The notes beneath the pieces are model-generated. The model made no database searches, was not told the origin of the DNA, and saw only the letters and a list, made by a program, of their open reading frames with translations. A program made the translations under genes and the position numbers. Positions 1 to 10,622 of a stretch of 64,000 nt of DNA are shown here, piece after piece (position 1 is the first letter of the stretch; each line of letters opens with the position of its first letter). Source of the DNA: Rhodospirillales bacterium. Its GTDB lineage: Bacteria > Pseudomonadota > Alphaproteobacteria > Rhodospirillales > Casp-alpha2. The DNA lies in assembly GCA_028825025.1 (NCBI GenBank), contig JAPKAX010000001.1:2426-66425 (forward strand). Direction: 5' to 3'.

Positions 1-1
1 T

Positions 2-547
2 GATCAAGCCTTAGCCGCCAACAAAAGCATTTTGTTAACGCATCTCAATGAAGAGAAAGCTGCAAGTGTTACAGCCACGCCGTTTGATTACGACGCTATT
101 TCCCAAACCGGCATAACTGGGCCGTGGGTTGCGCCCACGGGTACAGCAAAAGTCGCGATCGTTAGCGCCGGGACATCCGACATGCCAATTGTTGCAGAAG
201 CCCAGCGCACATTGGCGTTTCATGGCACCCCGTCTAAATCCTTCGTTGATGTTGGTGTTGCCGGATTATGGCGATTGCTCAACGTTCGTGATGAATTGGC
301 CCAATTCCCCGTTGTCATCGCCGTTGCAGGCATGGAAGGCGCGCTGTTTTCTGTTTTAGGTGGATTGATCCCTAGCTTGATAATCGCCGTCCCCTCATCG
401 GTTGGCTATGGCATGGCGCGTGAAGGTGAAACCGCATTACATTCCGCCTTGGCATCGTGCGCCCAAGGCTTGGTCGCGGTTAACATCAACAACGGCTATG
501 GAGCTGCCTGTGCAGCAACCCGCATTTTAAGCGCCCGCTCAGAATAG
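2..547 (+). CDS. larB: LarB-type (PurE-fold) nickel-pincer cofactor biosynthesis protein, 5' end outside the window
   Basis: The frame is open from nt 2 with no upstream stop. Motifs KVAIVSAGTSDMPIVAEA, VIAVAGMEGAL, AVPSSVGYG and NINNGYGAA fit the PurE/AIR-carboxylase-like LarB pattern. Only the C-terminal ~180 aa are present. Confidence 0.75.
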   Translation, partial: DQALAANKSILLTHLNEEKAASVTATPFDYDAISQTGITGPWVAPTGTAKVAIVSAGTSDMPIVAEAQRTLAFHGTPSKSFVDVGVAGLWRLLNVRDELAQFPVVIAVAGMEGALFSVLGGLIPSLIIAVPSSVGYGMAREGETALHSALASCAQGLVAVNINNGYGAACAATRILSARSE

Positions 548-644
548 CGATTACACTTTACGTTTGATTGACTACCCCCTCATATTTAGAACTCATTGTT
601 AAGATTAAATTCAACCCTTAGGTTTTAAAATTTATATTTAAACC

Positions 645-1334
645 ATGTCAAATCTTCTGCGCGCCTTTTTTCCTTCGGCCTTCTGAGAAGTGTTTTTTAA
701 TCAGTACGCCAAAAATGCATGCCTTTAAAATAGGTGACCTGATCCTAACGTCAGAATAGTTCCCCCTTATAATAAAAAAGAAGATGGGAAAGCCACAGGC
801 ACATCCATTGATATGATGGAGCAAATGCTAGGACTTATAGACACAGACTTATAGCGCGAACGCATTACAATTCTAATATGGGCTCACAGTTACCGGGCGC
901 TCCAGAAAACGCCAGGAAGCGTTCTATTTGTTGTGACCCGAACATTAAAACGCGAAAACTTTTTCAATGGGTTAGCCCAGTCACGCAGGCAAAAAATGTT
1001 ACTGGATCATAACACAAACCGATCCAGCCCTATTCATTTTGCGATGCCAAACGAGCTTTAATTTTCTGCAGTCCGCGATGATGCCGCCGGGCAGTTATTG
1101 AGCAAGCTTCCTGGCAAGAAGCGAACCCGCGTCTCGTTGCTAAATGGACAGTTCGAAATCTAGGATCTATACACAAAACTCATAAAGCCCATTTACACCC
1201 TAGCCGGAGGTAAGCATTATTTTGCTTTTTACAAAGACACACCCGAAAGTATTATAAGGCAATTCCAATGCACATTAGACACCCTCGAAGTCAACGACGA
1301 ATATGATTGTATTCTTGCAAAATATTTAAATTGA
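645..1334 (+). pseudogene. Decayed family-3 periplasmic solute-binding protein gene
   Basis: No ORF over 60 aa here. Stitching frames gives MSNLLRAFF.., IVPPYNKKEDGKATGTSIDMMEQMLGLIDTDL*, and a clean C-terminal stretch LAGGKHYFAFYKDTPESIIRQFQCTLDTLEVNDEYDCILAKYLN*. This is a typical SBP_bac_3 layout interrupted by several stops and frameshifts. Confidence 0.55.
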
Positions 1335-1418
1335 TGAAGCGCTCAAAGCTGCTAAACCTTGCTTTACTTATTTAATACATACCGTTCTCACTTTCTAAAT
1401 GCCGGAACCCCTCATCCT

Positions 1419-2321
1419 ATGACCTCCACCCCAGACCACAATCGCGGCATCGTGTTGATGCTTGTTGCCATGGTGTTGTTCACCTTAAACGATGCCATTG
1501 GTAAGTGGTTGGTTGCAACGTATCCGGTGGGTCAGTTGTTGGCAATTCGTAGCTTTGCAGCCTTGGCTGTGTTGTTACCCATCGCGTGGCGCAATGGAGA
1601 TTTAAAGCAGATCATGTCGATCCAACAACCGGGATTACAGGCCCTTCGTTTGGTTTTGGTGATCGCTGAGGTTTCTTGCTTTTACTGGTCAGTTAAGTTT
1701 TTACCCCTAGCAGATGTGTTCATGTTCTATCTGGCATCGCCGCTGTTTTTAACTGCCTTTTCTGTGATTTTTTTACGCGAACATGTGGGTATTCGTCGGT
1801 GGGCTGCACTGGGCGTTGGTTTTTTGGGTGTCATTTTCATATTTCCACCCAGCGATGCCGTCTTATCTTTGCCCGCGCTCGTCGCCCTCGGCGGCAGCGT
1901 TGCATTAGCACTGATGCTAACCCTTACCCGCTCTTTAAGCTCTGGCACCGGCGGGTTAACACTCATTACATTACAAACCTTGGCGGTTGGTTTGGCCGGA
2001 TTATCAACCCTTCCAGTTGCTCCTTTAGTACCTGAATTGGTGTGGGTAACCCCGGACATATTAGATTTCAGCTTGCTCTGTTTGTTGGGCTTCGTCGCCA
2101 CATCCGCCCATTTCATGATGAATTCCGCAGTCACATCAGCACCTTCTGCCGTCGTTGCACCGTTCCAATACACCTCTATTGTTTGGGCTATTATTTTAGG
2201 TTATTTAATTTGGGACGATTTTCCAGAAACTCAAGCGTTTATGGGGGCATCACTAATTGTCGGCAGTGGTTTGTTTGTACTATATCGAGAGCGAAAAAAA
2301 AAGAAACTTAGTTCCCCTTGA
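1419..2321 (+). CDS. DMT superfamily (EamA-like) transporter
   Basis: Ten-TM-like hydrophobic profile. The N-terminal motif GIVLMLVAMVLFTLNDAIGKWL is typical of EamA/RhaT family proteins. I chose the ATG at 1419; the ORF-track start at 1359 is a TTG upstream. Confidence 0.8.
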   Translation: MTSTPDHNRGIVLMLVAMVLFTLNDAIGKWLVATYPVGQLLAIRSFAALAVLLPIAWRNGDLKQIMSIQQPGLQALRLVLVIAEVSCFYWSVKFLPLADVFMFYLASPLFLTAFSVIFLREHVGIRRWAALGVGFLGVIFIFPPSDAVLSLPALVALGGSVALALMLTLTRSLSSGTGGLTLITLQTLAVGLAGLSTLPVAPLVPELVWVTPDILDFSLLCLLGFVATSAHFMMNSAVTSAPSAVVAPFQYTSIVWAIILGYLIWDDFPETQAFMGASLIVGSGLFVLYRERKKKKLSSP

Positions 2322-2404
2322 TTGGTAACCTACATAGGATACATCATTTGAACTAGATTAAAAAATGACCCATAAGGAACGCCCCGATTCTTAACAAACT
2401 CCTA

Positions 2405-2921
2405 ATGTTTTCGCCTATTTTATTTGCCATTGGGTTCCAGTTTTAGTTATCAGCCAAAAGCAACACCCGACGGGTGAACCACCATCCGAACAAGCCCCTA
2501 CTTTCCGTGCCATTAAAGCACAACCAACCACTTTAATCTCCCGTGTTTTGGGTTTTGGCGTCGTTAGCCCCATCTAAAATATGGAATGCCAGCGCATTGA
2601 AGATACGGTTGATGGCATCAACAGTATTCATGAAGTAGCAAGCGTGGTGGTCAACGATTCTATATTGCTGGTAAACTTCATCAAGCATTACCATTGCGAC
2701 ACTAAATCCGTTCCAGATGTTACCCCCAAAGCCAGCCAAGCCCGTTTTCGCGCTGTCTTTTTAGCCTCAGCAACCACCATTGTTGGGCTTATGCCAATGC
2801 GATCTGAAACCAACTTACAAGCGTAAATTCTAATCCCCTTAGTCACAAGTCTCTGTTTAGGGCTTTTGGTTTCAACCGTCTGGTGTTTTTTTTGGTGCCT
2901 GCTGTATATGCTATCTTTTAA
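2405..2921 (+). pseudogene. C-terminal remnant of an RND (AcrB-type) efflux permease
   Basis: Fragments VVVNDSILLVNFI, RFRAVFLASATTIVGLMPM, then LIPLVTSLCLGLLVSTV in another frame, ending VPAVYAIF*. These match the last TM helices of RND permeases. About 900 upstream codons are absent and the frames are broken. Confidence 0.6.
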
Positions 2922-3025
2922 TATATGGGGTGGGCAAAGCTCGATTAAATCTACCTTTACGTCTTGTTGTTGCGATGGCCGGTGTTTATAGAGTTAAGCA
3001 ATACAATCACAAATACTGAGGTCCC

Positions 3026-4135
3026 ATGGAACACATACGCCACACAGACACAAACGTCTTTTTAGCACCTGAAGCCCTGATTACCTACGTAACAGAAATA
3101 TTTAAAACTGCCGGATGTTCCGCCAAAGAAGCGGCCTGCATTGCCAACCGCTTGACCGGGGCAAACATGCGCGGCCACGACAGCCATGGCGTAATCCGTG
3201 TTCCACGCTATGTTGACGCGTTGCAAAAGGGCTTAGTCAATGCCGATCAAACAGTTGATGTGGTTACAGAAAACGATGTCATGGCGGTGCTGGATGGTAA
3301 GTTTGGATTTGGCCAATCTATTGGCGAACAAGCCGTCGATACGGGTATTGCCAAAGCCAAAGCTCACGGAATTTCGATTATTGCATTACGTAATTCGGGT
3401 CACGTGGGACGAATTGGCGACTGGGCTGAACGCGCAGCTGAAGCCGGACTGGTATCGATCCACATGGTCAACGTCAAAAACTCATTGCTGGTCGCCCCCT
3501 TTGGTGGCCGCGACCGCCGTATGAGCACATCACCTTTTTGTGCTGGCATTCCGATGCCTGGTGAAACTCCGGTGATTTTAGATTTTGCAACCTCTGCCGC
3601 CGCCGAAGGCAAAGCTATGGTCGCACTAAGTGGTGGTAAACCATTGCCAGAAGGATCAATGATCACCAAAGATGGAGAGCTTTCCAACGATCCTGTACAT
3701 TTGTATGGAGAACAATCGGTTGCTGGCAACCCCAACCCCAATATCGGGCCGGGCGCGCTTCGGACTTTTGGTGATCACAAAGGATCGGGTATGAATTTCT
3801 TAATGGAAATTTTGGCCGGTGCATTGACCGGAACCGGTGCAAATGCGCCCATTCCTGATTTGAGCGTCCGCAAAGTTGGAAACGGCATGTTATCGATTTA
3901 TATGTCGGTTGAGATTTTCAGGTCCGCTGATGAATTTGCCAGTGAAGTTCGCGATTATATCGAGTTCGTTAAAAGCTCCCGCCCCGCAGAAGCGGGCGGC
4001 GAGGTTTTGGTTCCCGGTGAAAAAGAATTACTAACAATGGATGAGCGTAATATAAGCGGCCTTCCGTTAAGCCCGAACGCCTGGGCCAACATTCAGGCCT
4101 GCGGCGACAGTCTAGGCGTCAAAGCTCCAGAATAA
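3026..4135 (+). CDS. Ldh_2 family (malate/L-lactate/sulfolactate dehydrogenase type 2) oxidoreductase
   Basis: 369 aa. Contains the GHDSHGVIRVPRYV motif and the NSGHVGRIGDW segment characteristic of the Ldh_2 family. GAGG lies upstream of the ATG. Confidence 0.8.
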   Translation: MEHIRHTDTNVFLAPEALITYVTEIFKTAGCSAKEAACIANRLTGANMRGHDSHGVIRVPRYVDALQKGLVNADQTVDVVTENDVMAVLDGKFGFGQSIGEQAVDTGIAKAKAHGISIIALRNSGHVGRIGDWAERAAEAGLVSIHMVNVKNSLLVAPFGGRDRRMSTSPFCAGIPMPGETPVILDFATSAAAEGKAMVALSGGKPLPEGSMITKDGELSNDPVHLYGEQSVAGNPNPNIGPGALRTFGDHKGSGMNFLMEILAGALTGTGANAPIPDLSVRKVGNGMLSIYMSVEIFRSADEFASEVRDYIEFVKSSRPAEAGGEVLVPGEKELLTMDERNISGLPLSPNAWANIQACGDSLGVKAPE

Positions 4136-4191
4136 CGAAGGTGATCGCTAATCACAGCGCCCCTTAGATTAGACCTCATTGATTTCATATA

Positions 4192-4860
4192 TTATTTCGG
4201 AAACTTTTTCTTTAACACCAAATACAATGGCTTCGCGGATTTTTCTTGAAGGCCATAATGTTTGAGTTGTGTCGCCACGCGGAGCACAGTTGATGTCGTC
4301 TTTATCTCTATTCGATTATCCAAACGTTGCCGCCAATTGGCGTTTATTTTTCCATTAACGACGCCCTCTTTAACGAAGTTATCAATAAACAAATCACTCG
4401 CATAGAAGCCATCCAACCGACCCCAGTCCATCATTCGGAGAACGAATCACTGTGGCTAATTTGAATGGATTTCATTCCATATTTTTCACCAAACAAACGG
4501 TATAAAAACCGACCCGAAGCAAACCTGTTTGATTTTTCGTGCAAATCAGCAATGGTTTCTGTTTTTTATGTTTCGGAAGTCTGAACAACAATTCGGCTGC
4601 AACCAATCGCACCTAACTAAATCGTATTCTTGATGGCTTTCGTCGATGGTCCCGTGATCGTGAAATCAATAGCCCCCTTAATTAGACCTCAACTTTGCCG
4701 TGGTATAGGTAACAAAATATCATTAAAAGGGATACCAGTTCGCTTCTTAATAAACGAAGAAAATCTCCCAAAAAGGCCTTCGTTTTTACCGTCCTTCGTC
4801 ACTCGACCAAAGGGATAAAAATCAATAATTACAAAAATGGCCTTACTTTCAAATACTTGC
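4192..4860 (-). pseudogene. Decayed family-3 solute-binding protein gene
   Basis: Minus-strand stitching gives FGRVTKDGKNEGLFGEIF.., KRTGIPFNDILLPIPRQS, GLIKGAIDFTITGPSTKAIKNTI, ETIADLHEKSNRFASGR, GEKYGMKSIQISHSDSFSE. These are followed by the 80-aa ORF MMDWGRLDGFYASDLFIDNFVKEG. There are at least three frame changes. Confidence 0.5.
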
Positions 4861-5035
4861 ATAATTCTTCATGGAAATACTACGATTAAACTAAGCCCAT
4901 AAATCCACATAAACCTTCGCAGGTACTCACCTTGCATATAACTTAAACATCAATCCAGCATGATCAACATACAACTAAACAGCACTAGTTGAATCATAAT
5001 ACTGTTACGAAATGTAACTGTTCTGACCTATACGA

Positions 5036-6841
5036 TTATCCACCTAAGTAATCAGAAATAATCTCAATAAAGGGTTCAGCGAATTTTTCAGTCTTTGATT
5101 TTCCAACCCCATTTACGTCCAAAAAGGCAGTGGTGTTTTGAGGTTTTTGGTAGGCCATATCGACCAGTGTTTTATCGGTGAAAACAACATATGCCGGAAC
5201 GCCGCGTTCTTGTGCCAAGGCAAGGCGGCGGACTTTGAGCATATTATATAGCTCTTCATCCGATTCGGATAACCCAGTTGATAAGGTTTTGCGGCTGCGG
5301 TTTTGACGTTCGGCCGGTAAACATGCCACTTCTTCCCGGTAGTTAAATTCGGCTTTACCACGGGTCAATTTAAAGCCTTTTTCAGAAACGCTTATCCCGC
5401 CATGTCCTGCCATATCTAAATCTAAGAACCCAGCCGCCACCAATTGGCGGATAATTGAGCGCAATTGATCTTTGCCGAACGATTTACCCGCTCCATAGTC
5501 GGTCAATTGATCATGATTAAATTTCCGAATTTTATCGGTATTGGCACCCATCAACACATCAACAATATGGACTGCTCCAAACATCTGCCCCGTTCCTTCG
5601 ATGGCTGACAATACTTGAGCCGCAATCGAAGCCCCATCAACCATTGTTGGTGGGTCAATGCAGACATCGCAATTGTTACAGGCATCAGATTTTTCGTCAA
5701 AATAACTAAGCAACGATTGCCGGCGGCACGTTGAGGCTTCACAAAAGGCAATCAACTGATCCAAGCGTTTGTGTTCACGGCGTTTATGGTCATCTGCCGA
5801 TTGTTCTTGATCAATGAACATTCGGCGCATGCGGATATCATCCAAGCCATACAGCATTAATGTTTCAGACGGCAACCCATCGCGCCCGGCACGGCCAATT
5901 TCCTGATAATAGGCTTCCATGCTGGACGGCAAATTGGCGTGAAAAACGTAGCGCACATCGGGTTTATCGATGCCCATACCAAAGGCAATGGTCGCGACCA
6001 TAACGACGCCTGGGTCGGTCATGAAAATATCTTGATGGGTGGAGCGATCATTGGCGTCCATGCCCGCATGATACGGAAAGGCGCGAATTCCATTGGTGTT
6101 TAAAAAGATTGCTGTTTCTTCAGTTTTTTTTCGCGACAAACAATAAACAATGCCACTTTCTCCTTTGCGGGCTTCGATGAATTGAAGAAGTTGCTGCTTC
6201 CATACACCCCGAAGCGCGACGCCTAAGCGAATATTAGGCCGATCAAATCCAGATACAAACACATCCCCATCACCACCGAACAACCGATCTGCAATATCTT
6301 TTTGGGTCGCGTCGTCCGCCGTAGCGGTCATGGCGGCTAAAGCAACTCCAGGGAAGTGATCGCGCAATTTTGCCAATTCTTCATAATCAGGGCGAAACGA
6401 CGGGCCCCAACGTGAAATACAGTGGGCTTCATCAATAGCAATCATAGCCACTGGCAATTTGCCAAGGGCTGATATCATGCGCGGCGTCATCAAGCGCTCG
6501 GGTGAAATATACAAAAGTTTAATTTCTCCCGCCACAACCTTTTTCCAAGTAACCACGTTCACATCATAACTGCGCGATGAATTAAGCGTTTCAGCAGCAA
6601 CACCAGCTAATTTAAGGGCGGATACTTGATCTTCCATCAAAGCAACTAAGGGCGATACAACCAGCGTCAACCCGCCTTTAACCAAAGCGGGAACTTGAAA
6701 ACATAAGGATTTTCCAGACCCCGTTGGCATCACGGCCAAAACGTTGCGGCCCGCTAACAGAGAGATAACCACATCTTCTTGACCTGGGCGAAACACTTCA
6801 TAGCCAAAGGTGTTTTGTAGAATTGATAGTGCTTCAGTCAT
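5036..6841 (-). CDS. recQ: ATP-dependent DNA helicase RecQ
   Basis: 601 aa. Contains FGYEVFRPGQ, Walker A MPTGSGKSLCFQ, DEAHCISRWG (DEAH box), the zinc-binding cysteine cluster CRRQ..CNNCDVC, and a C-terminal HRDC domain. Confidence 0.95.
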   Translation of the reverse strand: MTEALSILQNTFGYEVFRPGQEDVVISLLAGRNVLAVMPTGSGKSLCFQVPALVKGGLTLVVSPLVALMEDQVSALKLAGVAAETLNSSRSYDVNVVTWKKVVAGEIKLLYISPERLMTPRMISALGKLPVAMIAIDEAHCISRWGPSFRPDYEELAKLRDHFPGVALAAMTATADDATQKDIADRLFGGDGDVFVSGFDRPNIRLGVALRGVWKQQLLQFIEARKGESGIVYCLSRKKTEETAIFLNTNGIRAFPYHAGMDANDRSTHQDIFMTDPGVVMVATIAFGMGIDKPDVRYVFHANLPSSMEAYYQEIGRAGRDGLPSETLMLYGLDDIRMRRMFIDQEQSADDHKRREHKRLDQLIAFCEASTCRRQSLLSYFDEKSDACNNCDVCIDPPTMVDGASIAAQVLSAIEGTGQMFGAVHIVDVLMGANTDKIRKFNHDQLTDYGAGKSFGKDQLRSIIRQLVAAGFLDLDMAGHGGISVSEKGFKLTRGKAEFNYREEVACLPAERQNRSRKTLSTGLSESDEELYNMLKVRRLALAQERGVPAYVVFTDKTLVDMAYQKPQNTTAFLDVNGVGKSKTEKFAEPFIEIISDYLGG

Positions 6842-6859
6842 GAAAAATTAAATCTTCTA

Positions 6860-7618
6860 TTACTTGCTAACGGGAAACCCATCTTTGATCCACTTTGAAA
6901 TGCCATCGGTGACATTATAAACTTTCTCAAAACCCCGTTGACCTGTCAAAAATTTTGAGATGACAGTTGACCGGTTGCCGCTACGGCAAATTATAATTAC
7001 TTCTTCTTCGGGGCTAGTGGCGGTCATCATTTGAGAAATGAAAACTTGGTTGAAAGCACCTTTCTTATCAAACGCTGTGACTTTATGGCTACCTTTAATA
7101 ACGCCCGTTGTGTTCCATTCATCTTGGCGGCGGATATCAACAATTTTCACCCCCCGGTCCAATAATTCTTTTAATTTCAAATTATCAATATTGGAATACC
7201 TTGCACCTTCAACCGCCAGCAATTCAACTTCGAACTTTAAGGTCGCCTTGGGTGGGATCGCTTGCCCGGCACCCCGTGAGCCATAGCCCAAATGTGGGGG
7301 GATAATCAGCATTCGTTTACCACCAACACGCATTCCTTTAACGCCTATGTCCCAGCCCTTAATTACCTGGCGCGCACCTAGCGTGAACGTAAAGGGCTTG
7401 CCCCGATCATGGCTCGAATCAAACTTTTTACCGCTTTTCTCTAGCCATCCGGTGTAATGAACAGTCACCTTTGCATTGTCTATGGCTTCTCTACCCTTAC
7501 CCAACTTAAGGACTTTGATTTCAATATCTTTTTTGGCCGCATGTGCCGACGGAGCAATAAACAATGCAGCCATAAAAAGAGCTGCCACAGAGACAAGGTA
7601 AGCTTTAATCGTGGGCAT
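6860..7618 (-). CDS. Secreted FKBP-type peptidyl-prolyl isomerase fused to a C-terminal rhodanese domain
   Basis: ATG at 7618 is preceded by AGGAAA. Signal peptide [31 protein letters not shown] core [40 protein letters not shown]. Then a rhodanese domain with active-site loop CRSGNRS. Confidence 0.85.
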   Translation of the reverse strand: MPTIKAYLVSVAALFMAALFIAPSAHAAKKDIEIKVLKLGKGREAIDNAKVTVHYTGWLEKSGKKFDSSHDRGKPFTFTLGARQVIKGWDIGVKGMRVGGKRMLIIPPHLGYGSRGAGQAIPPKATLKFEVELLAVEGARYSNIDNLKLKELLDRGVKIVDIRRQDEWNTTGVIKGSHKVTAFDKKGAFNQVFISQMMTATSPEEEVIIICRSGNRSTVISKFLTGQRGFEKVYNVTDGISKWIKDGFPVSK

Positions 7619-7661
7619 CGGATTTCCTGTCGTGGTTAAATTCAACACGGTTCTTTTAGGC

Positions 7662-9212
7662 TTATGTATGACGCTCGACAACCCCATGCGACGTTAGCTT
7701 CATGCCAGTCATTGTGCGTTCATCGTTTTGCATGCGCCACGATAACAACTTTTGCGTATAGACCAACATCTGGGCTGCAAACTTTGGATCATCCGCCAAA
7801 TTGATCAAGTTTTGAGGATCCTTTTCCAAATCAAAAAACAGTGGCGGCAATCCGTTGAAGTGAACGTACTTAAATTTATCATCACGGATCACATTTAAGG
7901 TGCATTGATCCATCGATATACCAAGCGCTTTTTCTATTTTCGGATCATCAACACTCCGGTAATCAAATTCCCAATGCACTTCAGTGCGCCAATCAGCAGG
8001 GGCATCGCCCTGGCAAAAAGGCATTAATGAGCGGCCATCGCACTGGCGCGGTATGTCCGATCCTAACCAGTCCAGTATTGTCGGCATAATATCAACGGAT
8101 TCTGTAAATTGAGATACGCGCGACCCTCTGGATGAGTTTGCATCTCTTCGGGGGTTGCGGATAATTAGGGGGATTTTATAACCTTGATCGAAATAACCGC
8201 GTTTACCAAATAGCCAATGATCACCCAAAAGCTCCCCATGGTCCGACGTAAAAATAATCAAGGTTTCCTCATAGACACCCGTATCTTTCAAGTTTTGAAT
8301 TAATTGCCCAACATAATGATCCACTTTGCTAATCAGGCCATAGTAGGTGGCGCGCACTTGGGCGACATCGTGGTCGTACATATCGTCGCCAATGCTTGGA
8401 TATATCCAATGATCATTCCAGTAACCGTCCTCCTTTAAAGCTTCCCTAATCCACGGATGCGCATGGGCTTCTGCTTCTACTGTTTCAGCCCGAACTGGCA
8501 TAGGCACTTGAGACGCTGAATACATTTTATTATACGGCTCAGGGGCGACAAACGGGGGGTGTGGGCGCAAATAGGACACATGCGCAAACCAACTGTCCGT
8601 TTGTTTGGAAATATATGATTGCACTTTATTAGTCAAAAACGCCGTCATCGAATGATCCGCAGAATATATAGGTGGCGGGAACGTCCGTCCATGGTCATCG
8701 GCATCATGATAATCTGTTAAGTGATAAAAGATTTGGCTCTGCTGCTCTGGTATCTCATAACCCTTCGCTTTCAAATCTTCGATCCACGGCATCATATCAT
8801 CCAACAGCAAGGTTTCAGCCCGAAACCCTGGCAACACGCCTCCATACACAGAGCGGGTCAATTCATCGTGGGACGTCGTTCTTGGGTCTCGGCTGGTATC
8901 AGTGTAGCCAAACAATACTGGATCATACCCCGCTATGTGGGCTTCCAAAGCAATGTTTGAATGGCGCTCATCCAACGGCGTTCCATTTCGGCACGAACGA
9001 TGGTTTTGCAAATACATACCGGTCAGCAAACTGGCGCGCGCCGGGCCGCATGGTGCGCACACCGCATAATGGTTCTCGAAACACACGCTATCAGCAATCA
9101 ACGCATCCAAATGAGGGGTTTTAACGCATGGATGACACATGGCAGAAAGGCAATCAGCCCGCCATTGATCGGCCGTAATTAAAAGAATATTGCGTATCTG
9201 CTGTGTCATCAT
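7662..9212 (-). CDS. Cys-type sulfatase-family hydrolase, phosphonate-monoester-hydrolase (PMH)-like, no signal peptide
   Basis: Start [20 protein letters not shown]. Formylglycine signature [16 protein letters not shown]. Also TSDHGE.LGDH and IPLIIR blocks of the alkaline-phosphatase superfamily. The overall pattern resembles cytoplasmic PMH enzymes rather than exported arylsulfatases. Confidence 0.8.
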   Translation of the reverse strand: MMTQQIRNILLITADQWRADCLSAMCHPCVKTPHLDALIADSVCFENHYAVCAPCGPARASLLTGMYLQNHRSCRNGTPLDERHSNIALEAHIAGYDPVLFGYTDTSRDPRTTSHDELTRSVYGGVLPGFRAETLLLDDMMPWIEDLKAKGYEIPEQQSQIFYHLTDYHDADDHGRTFPPPIYSADHSMTAFLTNKVQSYISKQTDSWFAHVSYLRPHPPFVAPEPYNKMYSASQVPMPVRAETVEAEAHAHPWIREALKEDGYWNDHWIYPSIGDDMYDHDVAQVRATYYGLISKVDHYVGQLIQNLKDTGVYEETLIIFTSDHGELLGDHWLFGKRGYFDQGYKIPLIIRNPRRDANSSRGSRVSQFTESVDIMPTILDWLGSDIPRQCDGRSLMPFCQGDAPADWRTEVHWEFDYRSVDDPKIEKALGISMDQCTLNVIRDDKFKYVHFNGLPPLFFDLEKDPQNLINLADDPKFAAQMLVYTQKLLSWRMQNDERTMTGMKLTSHGVVERHT

Positions 9213-9389
9213 CGCTCCGGCTATCGTAAATACTTTTAAAAGTTGCGATAAAATTAAATGGTTTTCAATAGATGTTATCAAAGATCTTGATTTTGGCCCC
9301 CATGAATCCACAACATTGACCTACCTGGCCAATTGGTTCAGGTATACATCTATATCTATATTACTCTTCTAAAAAATTGAGATTTTTTC

Positions 9390-9917
9390 ATGACGACCGT
9401 GAAGCAAATGTATAGTGCCGATGAAATAGCTGACCGGATCGACGCATTGGCGGCAGAAATAGCAACCGAAATTTCAGGCCATTTGACCGTTATTGGCGTG
9501 TTAAAAGGAAGTTTCATTTTTTTAGCCGATTTGGTTCGGGCGCTCGATCTAGCTGGGTTGCCTTGCCGGGTGGAATTTCTACGCCTCAGCAGTTATGGCA
9601 ACAACCAAAAAGCATCGGGCGATGTGGTGCTGATTGGGGGATACCCAGATGTCGACAATGATGGAACCATTTTGATGGTTGATGATATTGTCGATACCGG
9701 TAACTCCATCACATACGCCATAAACTTATTAAAAGCCGGCAGCACAATGACCATAAAAACGTGCACACTGCTGGACAAGCCGTCGAGACGGGAAGTGGAT
9801 GTGGATATAGATTTTGTTGGCTTCACCATTCCCGACGAATTTGTTGTTGGGTATGGCATCGATTACGCCGAAAACTATCGGTCTTTACCTTATTTAGGCA
9901 TTGTCGAAAAAGAATAA
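9390..9917 (+). CDS. hpt: Hypoxanthine phosphoribosyltransferase
   Basis: 175 aa. Contains the PRPP-binding motif ILMVDDIVDTGNS and the C-terminal VVGYGIDYAENYR motif typical of Hpt. Confidence 0.9.
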   Translation: MTTVKQMYSADEIADRIDALAAEIATEISGHLTVIGVLKGSFIFLADLVRALDLAGLPCRVEFLRLSSYGNNQKASGDVVLIGGYPDVDNDGTILMVDDIVDTGNSITYAINLLKAGSTMTIKTCTLLDKPSRREVDVDIDFVGFTIPDEFVVGYGIDYAENYRSLPYLGIVEKE

Positions 9918-10056
9918 GACGTAGTAAGAAGCGTCTTGTCACAAATATTTAGATTTAATAGTTAGATAACTGGCAGGAAGGTTCGCTTATTGATTCTTAT
10001 ATCTTACCAATTCTGATAGTTTGCCTAAAACGGCATATTTCTAGTAGAAAGAGAAA

Positions 10057-10082
10057 CCGCCCCTAACGTAAGCTAGGGGCGG
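10057..10082. terminator. Stem-loop between convergent hpt and cspA (likely cspA terminator)
   Basis: CCGCCCCT (10057-10064) pairs with AGGGGCGG (10075-10082) around a 10-nt loop. It lies 13 nt beyond the cspA stop. The minus strand is followed by a TTTCTCTTTC tract. Confidence 0.5.
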
Positions 10083-10094
10083 AATCAGAATTCT

Positions 10095-10304
10095 TTACTC
10101 GACGACAGACAAGTTCTCTGCAGAGGACTTGCCGTTCTGTCCAGCTTGAAGCTCATAAGAGATCTTCTGGCCTTCGTTGAGTGTGCTCAAACCAGCACGC
10201 TCAACAGCAGAAATGTGTACAAAAGCATCGTTGCCGCCATCTTCTGGCTCGATGAAACCAAAACCCTTAGTTGGGTTGAACCATTTTACGGTACCTGTAG
10301 TCAT
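10095..10304 (-). CDS. cspA: Cold-shock protein (CspA family)
   Basis: 69 aa from the ATG at 10304, with AAGGAA upstream. [33 protein letters not shown] carries the RNP1/RNP2 motifs. A long AT-rich upstream leader is typical of csp genes. Confidence 0.95.
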   Translation of the reverse strand: MTTGTVKWFNPTKGFGFIEPEDGGNDAFVHISAVERAGLSTLNEGQKISYELQAGQNGKSSAENLSVVE

Positions 10305-10622
10305 AGTTATTTCCTTAATAGATATAAAGTATATTTCGAACCACACAAAATGTGCAACCCAAGTCAAAACGAGTACATTGTCAGGAATTTAACTAAGCTA
10401 AGCGGCAAACCGATTATTTAGGCAGCCAAACGAATGCAACACGATAAAATGTGTATATACCTTTTTTATCAAATGTCAATAGTTATCGTGATTAAGTTGT
10501 TCTCGCATCAAAGTGATACAAGTCAAATTCAATACTTACATCCAAATAAACATAGCCAAACATTGCACTTTACCGCCAAATTTCCTATTGCTAAGCCAAC
10601 TTTTTTAACTAGGAGAAATTAA

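Noticed and set aside
1727-2173. A 148-aa minus-strand ORF. Similar antisense or offset ORFs occur at 8672-9124, 11996-12370, 31577-32077, 39551-39913 and 58631-59131.
   Set aside because: All lie inside, and antisense to or out of frame with, strongly supported genes (DMT transporter, sulfatase-family hydrolase, IlvD/Edd dehydratase, aldolase/MDR, GlcD-like oxidoreductase, guaB). They have Ser/Pro/Arg-rich shadow composition.
10325-10345. A GGTTCGAA T-loop-like string on the minus strand. A second occurs near 29296-29310.
   Set aside because: The flanks cannot form tRNA arms. The first lies in the cspA leader and the second inside the PAS_5 pseudogene. No tRNA call is warranted.
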